Positions 13,042-24,286 of a stretch of 64,000 bases of DNA are shown here, one piece after another. The stretch lies in the IMG/VR virus record IMGVR_UViG_3300043436_004687, positions 1 to 64,000 of that record, one strand, 5' to 3'. The translations under genes were made by a program, and so were the position numbers. Numbering within the stretch: position 1 is the stretch's first letter; each line of letters begins with the position of its first letter. The notes under the pieces are model-generated. The model did not search any database and was not told the origin of the DNA. It saw only the letters and a list, made by a program, of their open reading frames with translations.

Positions 13042-14250
13042 ATGCAATTAGTTGAATCACATATAATCAAACAAAATAACCCATTTTATTCTGAATGTAA
13101 TTCACTATGTTTTAACTCTAAAAACCTATATAATAGTTGTTTATATAAAGTAAGGCAAGCATATATAAATGATAATGTAAACATATTATATGATTTACAC
13201 CATCTTATGAAAGATACTGAACAATATAAAGCATTACCAGCTAAAGTGTCTTCTACTGTTCTACTAATGGTACAGAAAAATTTTAAATCATACTTTAAAG
13301 CAAATAGTGACTATTATAAAACACCATCTAAATATAAAGGCAAACCCAAATTACCTAAATATTTAAACACAACTAATGGTAAATTTTTTGTTTCTTATAC
13401 CAATCAAGCAATATCTAAAAAAGTATTCAAGAAAACAAATAAAATTAAATTATCTGGAAATAATATAGAATTTAAAACAAAAATAACCGATTTTAATCAA
13501 ATTAATTGTATTAGAATTATACCCAAATTAGGGTATAATGTAATTGAAGTTGTTTATACAATATCAGATGTGACTAAATTAGAAAATAATGATAAGTATT
13601 GTAGTATTGATTTAGGTGTTAATAATTTAGCTACCATAGGTAGTAATACTATTACACCATTTATAATAAATGGTAAACCTTTAAAAAGTATAAATCAATA
13701 CTATAATAAAAAATATGCTTATTATAAAAGCATATTAGAAAAGAGAAATAATAAAAAAACAAGTAACTATTTACATAAATTAAATTTAAAAAGAAAAAAT
13801 AAAATAGATAATTATTTACATAAAGGAAGCAAAGAAATTGTTAATATATGTAAAATAAATAATATTAATACACTTGTAATAGGTAAAAATGATGGATGGA
13901 AACAAGATATTAATATAGGAAAACAAAATAATCAAAATTTTGTTAATATACCTCATAGTAGATTTATAGATATGTTAAACTATAAATGCGAAAGAGAAGG
14001 TATAAATGTTATACTACAAGAGGAAAGTTATACTAGTAAATGTAGTTTTTTAGATGATGAGAGTATTAAAAAACATGATGTTTATAAGGGTAGCAGAATA
14101 AAAAGAGGATTATTTAAGAGTGCCAAAGGCACACTTATAAATGCTGATTTAAATGGTAGTTATAACATACTAAAAAAAGCAATCCCGAACGCTTTCGCTA
14201 ACGGGATAGAGGGTGTAGGAGTACATCCAAAGGTAATTACTTTAAAGTAA
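13042..14250 (+). mobile_element. tnpB: Solo IS200/IS605-family TnpB RNA-guided nuclease, inserted antisense; omegaRNA-like hairpins overlap its 3' end
   Basis: RuvC motifs IDLGVNNLA, QEESYTSK, NADLNGSYNI; ATCCCG/CGGGAT hairpin ~14182-14207; no tnpA. Confidence 0.92.
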
Positions 14251-14842
14251 GGTATATATTTCTATATTTTATGTAACTCTAAATCCCATTTTATTTTATT
14301 CTTATAAAGAAATCACACCGTTTTCAATCCTATACCCATAAGATTTGGTTGCATCATCAAAGAGTTTTTCTGAGTCTAAATTATTATCATGCATGAACAT
14401 TTCTTCTTCGTTATCTGTGATAAATTTTGTTTGAAATGTTAAAACTAATTCGTTCATAATTTCCCCCAAACTATTTTGCCCATATTTAGATAAACCATCA
14501 ACAACATTCTTTTTACCTTTATCAAACCTAATTAATCCTTTATTACCATCTTTCGATATATAAGTTTTCCCATTTTCTTCTATTATTTCAAAACCTTCTT
14601 TTTTTAAATTGTTAAGTTCTTCTTGGGTTTTAACATAAGATTTAATTAGGATTGATGAGTTATTTTTAACCATCCAGTATTCCCCATCTTTTTCTTCAAT
14701 TTGTATTGATGTTTTATTTTCAACATCTTCAATTGTAAACTCTTTTTGAAATGTAATTTCTAATGACATATTATTTATTGTTATTTAATTTATATTGCAA
14801 ATATAACAATAAATTCTATTAAAACCCATTTATTTTAAATAA

Positions 14843-15601
14843 ATTATTATTCCTTTACGGATTAAAATAAATACTACAATAGAATTTTATCAACGTGTTG
14901 ATACTGTATTGTGATTCCCTTACGGATTAATATAAATACTAACTATAGTTTTTGGACAATCAGCAACTGATGCATTGTGATTCCATTTCAGATTAGGATA
15001 AATACTACAGTCAAAGTTTATTATGGGTCAAATAAAACATTGTGATTCCATTACGGATTAAGATAAATACCAATTGTATTAGCGAACGTTTCTCAAATGG
15101 AACGGTTGTGATTCCCTCACGGATTAGGATAAATACCAATTTATATGCTTCATATTGTTCCAACCTATCGGTTGTGATTCCCTCACGGATTAGGATAAAT
15201 ACCAATTCAAAAATGGTCCCAAAGAAAGATTGGTAGGTTGTGATTCCCTCACGGATTAGGATAAATACCAATAACTGAAACTGAATCAATGCTTTGTACT
15301 TAGTTGTGATTCCCTCACGGATTAGGATAAATACCAATATTAATATTTATGATATTACTTATTGGTTTGTTGTGATTCCCTCACGGATTAGGATAAATAC
15401 CAATGTATTCCCAACTATATTTAAAGAGATTAGGTTGTGATTCCCTCACGGATTAGGATAAATACCAATTATAATAATTTCAGATATGCAAGTTAATGTG
15501 TTGTGATTCCCTCACGGATTAGGATAAATACCAATTTATGAAGCTTTATAACAAGCTGTATGATAGTTGTGATTCCCTCACGGATTAGGATAAATACCAA
15601 T
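14843..15601. CRISPR. CRISPR array: 12 repeats of 36 nt (GTTGTGATTCCCTCACGGATTAGGATAAATACCAAT), 11 spacers of 29-30 nt
   Basis: Identical repeats start at 15105, 15171, 15237, 15303, 15369, 15434, 15500, 15566; degenerate copies at 14843, 14908, 14974, 15039, so the likely active/leader end faces cas6. Confidence 0.98.
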
Positions 15602-15714
15602 TGCTCTTTGTAAACTCCAATAATCATTGGAGAAAATTACCAATTTTACTAATGGGAAATGAGTATTTTTAAATCTATTTAATATAATTAGCCTCATTTT
15701 TTTAATCCTAGTGT

Positions 15715-16410
15715 TTAACGATAAATTGATTTATTTTCACTTTTATATATTGTACCAAAACCAGAACCTGTTGATTGACCAATTCCTATATTATATAATA
15801 ACTCAGCAATTTTCTTATTGGTATAAATATTAATATGACATGAATTGGCGATATTAAGAACATTTTTAACCATAACCTTGCTAGTTTTATGGTTAACATG
15901 CTTAGGTATTTTAACATCAAAATTACTCAAATCTAAAGATGGGTTAATCTTACTTATCTTATTAATCAAATAATTCTTCAATGTAATTTGAAATTCTATG
16001 TCCTTCAAAGTATGAAAACTATAGTCTTTTTTAGATGAATATTTTTTAATGATAAATGGGGATAAAGTAACAAAATGGTTCCACCCATTATAAAATTTCT
16101 CATCAACAAACTCAATACCAATAACCTTTATATCACCATAAAAAGGTGTCGAATATAATCTAATTAAAATCTTATTGATGAATTTTTCATCTAAGCTTGA
16201 TATTGTTATATAACCTCCATTTTTAAATGATATGTTTTTAGTACCTTTTATCCAAGTACCACCTTGTAAAGATGAAATAGAATAATCATTCTTAGCGTCA
16301 TGGAATTCATTATCACTACCTAACACTCTATGTATAAATGAATTAACCAAATCTTGATGATTTATTCTTAATTCATCATTTGTTCCAGATAACAATATTT
16401 TTAGTCTCAT
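15715..16410 (-). CDS. cas6: Cas6 endoribonuclease (not Cas6f-like)
   Basis: C-terminal G-rich loop GIGQSTGSGFG; FVTLSPFI; adjacent to the array. Confidence 0.93.
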   Translation of the reverse strand: MRLKILLSGTNDELRINHQDLVNSFIHRVLGSDNEFHDAKNDYSISSLQGGTWIKGTKNISFKNGGYITISSLDEKFINKILIRLYSTPFYGDIKVIGIEFVDEKFYNGWNHFVTLSPFIIKKYSSKKDYSFHTLKDIEFQITLKNYLINKISKINPSLDLSNFDVKIPKHVNHKTSKVMVKNVLNIANSCHINIYTNKKIAELLYNIGIGQSTGSGFGTIYKSENKSIYR

Positions 16411-16429
16411 TTTTATATTTTTTTAATTA

Positions 16430-17302
16430 TTAATATTTTTCTTCGGAAATTTCTGACATGAGAACAAAATTTTCAGTGTCATTTAATTCGTCTTCATAAA
16501 AGATGCCTTCAATTTTAACATAACCACCATCTAAAATATTGGTTGAGTTTTTCGATAATTTATCGACAAACCATTGTTCATAAGGTACTAAAATTTCACC
16601 ATTAAAAATATTGATGTAATCAACACCAGAAATAATTGTTTCACCTAGTAAACCATTTTTTGTTATTTCTGACCTATCTGGAGCTTCTTTGGTTAGAAAA
16701 TTAACTATTGGTGTTTTATTTTTTTCTAATAAATATTTAACAACACCATCTAACTTTGTACCTTCAATTCTATAAATATTTAACAATAATTCAAAAGGTT
16801 TTTCGGTTACATCATAACCTAATGATCCATTAATGATTTGAATAAATTCATCGTAATATTCACCCATGTATCTTTTAATCTTAAACCATTGAATGCTTGG
16901 AGCTTTGGTCCATGAATCCGATGCTGATTTATTTACCTTTGTAAATTCATCAATATACGATTCAAAAATCTCATTTTTTCTAGTTTTATTAACTTTAGGT
17001 GAATTAATTTTTAAATATGATTTATTTGCTAAATTAAAAATTAACTCATTTTTATCATAAAAAGTTTTTCTAAAGCTTGGGGCTGGTCTTTCACCAATAA
17101 GTGTATGTAACATATTGGATATTTGATGTACTGTGATTGGTTCTTTAAATGAGGTTATTTCATTTAAAGATCTACTAGACCTATTGAAATATAAATTACC
17201 TTTAGAATTAACACCAATGACAGTAACAAAATCCTTAGTTTTAACATTTTTGGGGAAAAGCTTAGCATTTTTAAAACTAAGCTTTATATATTTATTACTC
17301 AT
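16430..17302 (-). CDS. cas5: Cas5-family subunit, Cas5fv (type I-F2)-like with a helical insertion
   Basis: PITVHQISNMLHTLIG resembles the Cas5/Cas5fv N-terminal helix (recalled, not searched); C-terminal NILDGG; lies between cas7 and cas6. Confidence 0.7.
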   Translation of the reverse strand: MSNKYIKLSFKNAKLFPKNVKTKDFVTVIGVNSKGNLYFNRSSRSLNEITSFKEPITVHQISNMLHTLIGERPAPSFRKTFYDKNELIFNLANKSYLKINSPKVNKTRKNEIFESYIDEFTKVNKSASDSWTKAPSIQWFKIKRYMGEYYDEFIQIINGSLGYDVTEKPFELLLNIYRIEGTKLDGVVKYLLEKNKTPIVNFLTKEAPDRSEITKNGLLGETIISGVDYINIFNGEILVPYEQWFVDKLSKNSTNILDGGYVKIEGIFYEDELNDTENFVLMSEISEEKY

Positions 17303-17349
17303 AATTATTAATTCTAAATGGTTTCATCTGTTGTTTCTTCACCATATTT

Positions 17350-18390
17350 TTAGCTGGTTTTTTTTAGTTTTTTTGCATCAGCAGTTTTTTTTGTTTCTTC
17401 TTTAAGAGCTTTTTCGATAATCGCTCTTTGTTCTTTAGCATTAGATTCATCAGCCAAAACATAACTTTCTTCAACATCAAAATTTAAATTATCGATATCT
17501 TCATTAGAATTAATATCAACCCAAATATTCTTTTTTGAATCCAATGGGTCCATAACTAATTCAACTGTTAACGACTTAATTTTAGCATATGCTGTTGCTC
17601 TATCAATACGAATTTGTAACATTCGTTTAAGTGTTTCTTTAATAAGAAATACAATTTGTTCATTGGTAAGTTTTAACCCATATTCAGCAACATCAATCAC
17701 TGAAGTTTTTAATGTATAATAACCCAACTCACCATCAAAATTTGGTAGGGTATGTATCAAAAACGTTTTTAATATTTCATAATCATCGGAATTAAATGAA
17801 TATCTATCAAAAATTGGATCACCACTTAAAAATTCTAATGATTGGAGATTAATAAAACCTTCAGCGATGTATGTAATATCACCAATAGTTTCCTTATTGA
17901 ATATGGTGGTATCTGATTTATCAGAATCATCACCAACTTTTTTCCCACCACTTCTAGAATAAAATTCCATATATGATTCACTATTATTTGTTTGAATAGC
18001 TGATGTAATTGTCAATGGACTTTTTCGTTTAAGTGTTTCTTTTTTTCCAGCAAACATGTATCCTCTAACAAGACCCATTGTACTTCCAATAAATGAATTT
18101 AAAAGAGATTTGTGGTGAGTTATTGATGGATTAGTAGCAATCGCATCTCCTTTAAAAATAGCATTTCTAAGAGCATCAGATGATATTTTAATTTTATAAC
18201 CCAAAACCCCATCTTCTCTTCTAAAATAATACTTCTTAGCATACATATTATTGTTATCACCAGAAGTAAATTTATTTTTATTCCCTTCTTTACTTTCTCT
18301 ATTCCAAAGATATTTTTGATCACCTGAATCATAATTTACAATTCCATTACCTTCTAATTCAATTTTAAAATTTACATGTTTTACTTTCAT
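17350..18390 (-). CDS. cas7: Cas7 backbone subunit, Cas7fv (type I-F2)-like
   Basis: VNFKIELEGNGIVNY, GLVRGY..KRKSPL, FNKETIGDITYIAEG, LEFLSGDPIFDR match my recollection of Cas7fv motifs. Confidence 0.82.
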   Translation of the reverse strand: MKVKHVNFKIELEGNGIVNYDSGDQKYLWNRESKEGNKNKFTSGDNNNMYAKKYYFRREDGVLGYKIKISSDALRNAIFKGDAIATNPSITHHKSLLNSFIGSTMGLVRGYMFAGKKETLKRKSPLTITSAIQTNNSESYMEFYSRSGGKKVGDDSDKSDTTIFNKETIGDITYIAEGFINLQSLEFLSGDPIFDRYSFNSDDYEILKTFLIHTLPNFDGELGYYTLKTSVIDVAEYGLKLTNEQIVFLIKETLKRMLQIRIDRATAYAKIKSLTVELVMDPLDSKKNIWVDINSNEDIDNLNFDVEESYVLADESNAKEQRAIIEKALKEETKKTADAKKLKKTS

Positions 18391-18418
18391 TTTTTATTTA
18401 TTAAGTTATTTATTGGTG

Positions 18419-18455
18419 CAAATATATGTTTTAATTCTTTTAATATACAAAGATA
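18419..18455 (-). promoter_or_regulatory. Two Bacteroidota-type -7 boxes (TAnnTTTG) ahead of cas7-cas5-cas6
   Basis: caaatata 18419-18426 and caaagata 18448-18455 on + (TATATTTG, TATCTTTG on -). Confidence 0.6.
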
Positions 18456-18457
18456 AT

Positions 18458-20692
18458 TTAATTATTTTTTACAACACCTAATTCATCATCATAATATCTA
18501 TCATAAACAATATATGGGGTATTCGATTTTTTAGCCATTTTTCTAATGGTATCAATAGTTTTATACTTCTTATCATCAATAATGTCATTATATTCAAAAA
18601 GTTGATTATTTGAATTTCTAATTTTTTCCATAGTTTTAAACATTCTATTTAATGTTTTTGAGTTCTCATTAAATTCTACATCAAAACCATTTAATATTTG
18701 TTTATTAAATGGACCAACCCAATCTTTACCATTTTTATGTTGAACAATATAAAATATTTCATTATTAATACTTCTTAATTTATTTGAACCAGCTGTTAAG
18801 ACATTTTTATTTCTCTTGTTATTAAATTTTATTGGGTAAATATTTGATAATCTAATTTTACTTATATCAAAACTAGTAGTAACAAATTGTTTAATTGCTT
18901 TATCATTTAATTTATTGAAATTGTTATAAATAACATAGATTTCATTTAATGTTAATTTTTTATTATTATAGGGTAATAAAAATTCAAACCAACTATCAGA
19001 TAAATTTCTTGTGTATAATAAATTTTTTATCGTTGACTGTGAACTAATATATTTTTTATTGATATCACCATTAGGTATTTCTTTTATTATTGTAATTTCC
19101 GAGTCTCCAATACTATTACCAAATCTATCACATCTACCTATTCTTTGTAGTGTTGACTGTGGGGAGAGTACATCTTCAAATAAATTTTTAAAACTTATAT
19201 CTAACGAAGCTTGTAAAATATGAGTACCAATTATATTAGGTTTAATTTCAGAAATTAATGACTTTTTCCCATACATTTCAACTAATTGATTAAAATCCTC
19301 ATCTTTTTTTTCTTTGATAAACTCATTATGTAATAATAAATCATATTTACCTTTTAATTTTTCTTCTTGTGCTGAAGAAATTGTGTTTTTAACTACTAAT
19401 GAATTACTATTAAATTTTATGTTTGGTCTTTTATTAAGTAGTTTAATTAAATATTTTTTATCATGAATTGCATTATAATGTGATTCATGATTTGGTAATA
19501 TAGTTGTTTGATTATTTAAAGAATCCCACAAAAATTCACAACTAATTTGAGTTGCCGATAATAACAATGTTTTACTTTTTGTTAATCTATGCCTTACTCT
19601 CATTATATTAACAAATAGTGACATAAAAGCAGCTTCACTTATTAATTCATGATATTCATCAAAAACTACATTACAACCAAAAATTAAACTGGACGAATCC
19701 ATAATTTCATTTTTAAATGATGGTGCTAAAAAATTATCAATATTTGTTATAATAATATCAGAATCAAATATCTTTCTTGAATCAGCATTTGTTTTCTCAA
19801 TATCACCACCAAGAATTAATTGAACCGAAGGAGAAATAGATAAACTTTCTATTTCTTCTAATACTGAATTAAAAACTGATTCTGCTACTGCATTTCTAGG
19901 GGTTACCCAAACCAATTTTTTATTATTTTTTAAACCCCATAATAAACCCATTATAGTTTTACCAAAACCAGCGGGTGCTTTTATTATTGTAGTTTTATCT
20001 GTCTGTTTTATTATATTTTTCTGTTCCTCATATCTAACTGTATTATCATATTTACAATTAGTAATTATATGTTTATTTTGCGTTGACATATATTGCTCAA
20101 TTAAAGTAGGAGAAACTTCTGTTAACTCATTTAAATTTGAAGAGATTCTATCAGCAGTAATCACTATTGATCTTAAAAAAATTAAATATTCTAATGATTT
20201 ATCATTCTTAGGATAAAATAATGGTGTTGTAACTGAATCAAAATATTCTATATTTTCATTTACATTTTCAACACCAACTATTTCAATTAAAAAATTTAAC
20301 ATATTATTTATTGAGATATCATCTAATAAATTTAAAATTTCAATATCAGTATGTTTTTCAATTTGGTTTGAAATTCCATGATGCCAATAAACAATATTTA
20401 AAATCATTGATTTATTTGGAAATTCATCTTTTAAATATTTAGATAAAAAAGCCCACCCTATTTCATTATGTCTAAATTTTAAATTTGGTTTTTTGTTACT
20501 GTTTAAAAGTTCTTGAAATTTAGTGGTTCCTTTACCTATGTCATGTAATAAAGATGAAAACTTTATTATTTCATTAAATCTATTAACAATATCACCATTA
20601 CTCATTTTATCAAATAATAATTGAGCCGTTTTAGATACTATTAATGAATGAGTCATTAAAATTAACCCATTACTTTTAGCTATTATTTTCAT
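18458..20692 (-). CDS. cas3: Cas3 HD nuclease-SF2 helicase, no Cas2 fusion
   Basis: THS, LLHDIGK, RHN, WHHG, TAD (HD); APAGFGKT, FDEYHE, SAT, QRIGRCDR (helicase). Confidence 0.96.
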   Translation of the reverse strand: MKIIAKSNGLILMTHSLIVSKTAQLLFDKMSNGDIVNRFNEIIKFSSLLHDIGKGTTKFQELLNSNKKPNLKFRHNEIGWAFLSKYLKDEFPNKSMILNIVYWHHGISNQIEKHTDIEILNLLDDISINNMLNFLIEIVGVENVNENIEYFDSVTTPLFYPKNDKSLEYLIFLRSIVITADRISSNLNELTEVSPTLIEQYMSTQNKHIITNCKYDNTVRYEEQKNIIKQTDKTTIIKAPAGFGKTIMGLLWGLKNNKKLVWVTPRNAVAESVFNSVLEEIESLSISPSVQLILGGDIEKTNADSRKIFDSDIIITNIDNFLAPSFKNEIMDSSSLIFGCNVVFDEYHELISEAAFMSLFVNIMRVRHRLTKSKTLLLSATQISCEFLWDSLNNQTTILPNHESHYNAIHDKKYLIKLLNKRPNIKFNSNSLVVKNTISSAQEEKLKGKYDLLLHNEFIKEKKDEDFNQLVEMYGKKSLISEIKPNIIGTHILQASLDISFKNLFEDVLSPQSTLQRIGRCDRFGNSIGDSEITIIKEIPNGDINKKYISSQSTIKNLLYTRNLSDSWFEFLLPYNNKKLTLNEIYVIYNNFNKLNDKAIKQFVTTSFDISKIRLSNIYPIKFNNKRNKNVLTAGSNKLRSINNEIFYIVQHKNGKDWVGPFNKQILNGFDVEFNENSKTLNRMFKTMEKIRNSNNQLFEYNDIIDDKKYKTIDTIRKMAKKSNTPYIVYDRYYDDELGVVKNN

Positions 20693-20905
20693 CACCATTT
20701 AATTTTTAAATTAATAAAAGGCAAGTTAAATATATCTGAAACATTGAAGTCAATTATCACAAACATAATTAACCAAATTAATGAAAACCAAAAAGATAAA
20801 TATATTGAAAAGAATATATCTGTTTCTTTATACCCATAGATTTTAAAAATTAATAAAACACCAATAACCCAAAACAATAAATCTAATAAATGAAATTCCA
20901 TAATT

Positions 20906-21325
20906 TTATAAATTAATTAATAAATAATAAGTTAAAAATAACTGAGCATAATGAAGTACTTGATCAAATCCAACCATACTGAAAAAACCAAAAACTGGTA
21001 TTCTACTTCCAAAATTACCATTTTCATACATTTTACTAGTAATCTTAGATGTATAATAATCCGTTATAGTATGAAAAATAAAAGTAATCGGTGGAAATAA
21101 AAATATTAAATTAATACATTGTGTATTAGTAAAATATGCCGTATCAACATCGGAAGATGTAATTCTACAAATTAAACCTATTGAGACAAACCAAACAAAA
21201 GTATACATTGTTGTATGTGCTAATAATGGTTTCACACTTTTACTCTTATTTACGGCCCAATCACCATCTTGAAAGATAAAATCTGCAATATAGTGAATAA
21301 CAATAATAATAAATGCTTCTAACAT
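20906..21325 (-). CDS. DUF3307-like membrane protein
   Basis: HYIADFIFQ and GFDQVLHYAQL motifs. Confidence 0.75.
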   Translation of the reverse strand: MLEAFIIIVIHYIADFIFQDGDWAVNKSKSVKPLLAHTTMYTFVWFVSIGLICRITSSDVDTAYFTNTQCINLIFLFPPITFIFHTITDYYTSKITSKMYENGNFGSRIPVFGFFSMVGFDQVLHYAQLFLTYYLLINL

Positions 21326-21380
21326 ATTTTTATTTTTTTAAATTTATATTGCAAATGTACAAAACTTATTTTAATAAAAC

Positions 21381-21412
21381 AAAAAAAACTTAAATATTTC
21401 TATTTAAGTTTT
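21381..21412 (-). terminator. Intrinsic terminator
   Basis: AAAACTTAAATA/TATTTAAGTTTT stem followed by a U-run on -. Confidence 0.6.
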
Positions 21413-22121
21413 AAAATTTTTTATAATCTTTTATTAAATTAGGTGGGATGTTGTTTAAAACATATATCCCATTAATTGGTAGGTTAGGATCAACATAGAA
21501 TTTAAACTTATCTTTTATTTGAGAAATATCAATTGATAATAATATTGGATTTTCTATATCGAAATTAATATTATCTACTAAACCATTAGCATCATCAGTA
21601 TTTTTTAAAAGATATATTCTTTCTGGATGGTAACTAATTTTATTTTTATGTGTTGGTTTTAACCCTATTGATTTTATACCATTTAAATATTTCTCGTCAG
21701 TTACATGATAAAGTATATCAGGTAAATTTTCTGAACTTATTTCCTCACCAAATTTAGGTTCAAATATCAATTTACTTATCATATCATCTTCATCCCACCC
21801 ATTAGATTCAATAGTTTCTAAGTTAAAGGATAAATCATTTTTAAATTCATCCACATTACTATTGATTGGCTCATGAAAATCTTCTTGATAACCAGCTAAA
21901 TACCAACCAAATATAGTCTCCATTTTCTTTATCATTGGAATTACTATATCTTTATATTTAAGTTTTAACTCGAAATTTATTTTACCATCATTATAATAAA
22001 TATCATCTGGGGAAATATTCAAACTTTCCAATTTTTGAATTAATTTTTCACCATTAATACTTTGGGTTAAACCCTCTAAAATTATATTTAATTCTTCTCT
22101 GAGTTTATATTTGATGTTCAT
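21411..22121 (-). CDS. Hypothetical protein with C-terminal ART-fold/Tpt1-like domain
   Basis: LYHVTD..IKSIGLKP..RIYLL pattern. Confidence 0.5.
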   Translation of the reverse strand: MNIKYKLREELNIILEGLTQSINGEKLIQKLESLNISPDDIYYNDGKINFELKLKYKDIVIPMIKKMETIFGWYLAGYQEDFHEPINSNVDEFKNDLSFNLETIESNGWDEDDMISKLIFEPKFGEEISSENLPDILYHVTDEKYLNGIKSIGLKPTHKNKISYHPERIYLLKNTDDANGLVDNINFDIENPILLSIDISQIKDKFKFYVDPNLPINGIYVLNNIPPNLIKDYKKF

Positions 22122-22463
22122 AGTTTATTTTTTCTTACCAATAGATTTTCTAATTTGACTTGAAAAATTCATCAAAGCATTGCTGATTTTAGTTAATTCT
22201 TCATCACTAAAACTATAAACACTACCACTATCGTTAGGTTCTCTTTCTAATTTTTTTCTAAATAAACTTCTATTTGAAGCTTCTTTATCACCTAAAACTA
22301 TTTCACAAATAGCTGCGGTGTTAATAATATCATTTTTTAAGATAGCAGCTATTTTATCATAATTAGAACCACCTACTTCATTATTTGGTTTATCCGTTTC
22401 TAGCTCATTTAAACTCTTGTTTAACAATTCACTAATTAACAATTTATTCATAGAATTTGTTTA

Positions 22464-23348
22464 CTAATAAATAGTCATTATTTTTTTTAATTTGATTAAA
22501 TTTTTTTGCTTTATCTGTCTAACACCCTCCTTGGATAAATTCATTTTTTCAGCAACTTCTCTTATGGAATGAACTTTATTACCATTCAATCCAAACAAAT
22601 AAATGAAAACTTCTTTATTTCTATCATCTTTAATATTAGATAATAGTTTATCAACCAAAGCAATGGTATCTTCATTATTTATATTATCATCAGCCCTACC
22701 ATAAACATTATCTTCTAATAATTCAATTCTAGAATATGAATTATTTTCATTATCACTTATTTGTTTATCTAAAGAATATGAATTTTCAGTTTCGTGTTCA
22801 AAATAAAATTCAATTTGTTCTTTGGTATATTCACCCCCACAATATTCCATTAGCTCATTTATGTTTGGTTGTCTCTCCAAAATTTGTTCCATTAGACAAG
22901 CCTTTTGCCTAATTTTACTAATCATAGATAACTTATTAATTGGTAATTTTACAGACCTAGCATTTTTAGCTATAAAAGATAACATATCCGCCCTAATCCA
23001 CCAAACAGCAAAAGTAATGAATCTGAAACCCTTTGTGGGATCAAATTTTCTGGCAGCTCTTATTAAACCGTGATTACCCTCGTTAATCAAATCTTCCAAT
23101 GAATTTTCAACAGAAACATATTGCTTAGCTACACTAATAACAAATCTTAGATTTTTATTAACTAAAATCATCAACGCTTCTTCACGCTCTAATTCTGATA
23201 AATTAGGGTTGGTAGCCTTTAAAGCAATTTCAAATTCCTCATCTGGACTTAAGACTTCGGTGCTTCTAACCTCATCTAAATATCTATTAAAAGAATTAGA
23301 AACTAAAAGCCGATTATTCATTTTTTGGTGAAGCCTAAAATTTTTCAT
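22464..23348 (-). CDS. RNA polymerase sigma-70 factor (short RpoD/RpoS-like)
   Basis: YLDEV..LSPDEE, NLRFVISVAKQY, DLINEGNHGLIRAARKFDP, FITFAVWWIR, region 4 HTH. Confidence 0.93.
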   Translation of the reverse strand: MKNFRLHQKMNNRLLVSNSFNRYLDEVRSTEVLSPDEEFEIALKATNPNLSELEREEALMILVNKNLRFVISVAKQYVSVENSLEDLINEGNHGLIRAARKFDPTKGFRFITFAVWWIRADMLSFIAKNARSVKLPINKLSMISKIRQKACLMEQILERQPNINELMEYCGGEYTKEQIEFYFEHETENSYSLDKQISDNENNSYSRIELLEDNVYGRADDNINNEDTIALVDKLLSNIKDDRNKEVFIYLFGLNGNKVHSIREVAEKMNLSKEGVRQIKQKNLIKLKKIMTIY

Positions 23349-24286
23349 TAATTTTTTTTGTGTGGGTTAAAAATTATTTTTTTGGAAATGTGAAAGAAAT
23401 ACATAATATTTGAATAAATACCACATAATAAGTATGCTGTATTGCTAGTGGTAAAGCCCAATCATCTACACTCCAATTAATCTCAATACCATTATTGAAA
23501 CGAACGAAGCCGTTAGAGAAGCAAATATATTTCTTTTTAATTTTCATCTACTCTCCAATTAATTCAACATTATGGGAAAAAAAAGCTTTAATTATTGAAT
23601 ACATTGATTCCGTTTTTTCAAGCTTTTGTTGATATCTGAAGTTAAATTTAACAATTATATAATTTTCCCCAGTTTCATAAATATTGCACCAATTATCATT
23701 TTGACCACTAACCAATTGATAACGTTTATTACCACCAGTTTCTTCATAATGCCACCATCTCCCACTCATTAATGGATTTTCCATTTCATGTTTATGTGGA
23801 ATAGAACCACGAAGACAAATAAGAGTTGCTACATTTAAAATGTCTTCTAAAGCAGTATTAAATTGGTGTTTAGTTTCTCCGAAAATTTTAAGTTTCATAA
23901 TTTTATTAATTGATTAATTGATTAAACTTTTTTCTAATAATGCAGATATGAAATCTAAAGTTTTACCGCTTTTAAAACTTATTTGAACTTTATATTCAAA
24001 AACTTCAACTACACGACCTTTACCAAATTTAGGGTGATTAATTTCTTCATTAACTATAAATTCTCTTTTTGATTTAATTTGTTTAACTACTTTTGGTCTT
24101 CTAGTCTTTTTTAAAAGTGTTAACGGAAAAGCGCCATATTTTCCAAATGCGTGAGGTACACTTGCAACATTTTTCATTTCCTCAATTTCAAATTGCATTT
24201 GAATCGCAAATGGAGATGAATAACAAGTCGTGACATAATCACCTAACGTTAAATTTTTACCCATAATTTTTATTATTTTAAATTAG

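Noticed and set aside
13042-14250. TnpB about 600 nt from the CRISPR array as a Cas12f-like effector
   Set aside because: It has ordinary IS200/IS605 TnpB motifs and its own 3' omegaRNA-like hairpins, an unrelated ORF intervenes, and a full type I module abuts the array; proximity alone is not enough.
15011-15337. ORFs 15011-15337 (-) and 15042-15236 (+) in the track
   Set aside because: They are translations of CRISPR repeats and spacers (periodic LVFILIREGIT).
14879-15565. Self-targeting spacers within this window
   Set aside because: No match noticed by eye; not exhaustive, so a BLAST of the 11 spacers is still needed.
15602-15714. tracrRNA/anti-repeat in the array leader
   Set aside because: Only a short same-strand echo of the repeat end (ggagaaaattaccaat) and a 7-bp hairpin; no extended complementarity, and no Cas9 in the window.
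21381-21412. Terminator as a fourth attenuator
   Set aside because: It directly follows a long ORF; there is no leader peptide or antiterminator copy, and a new promoter follows.
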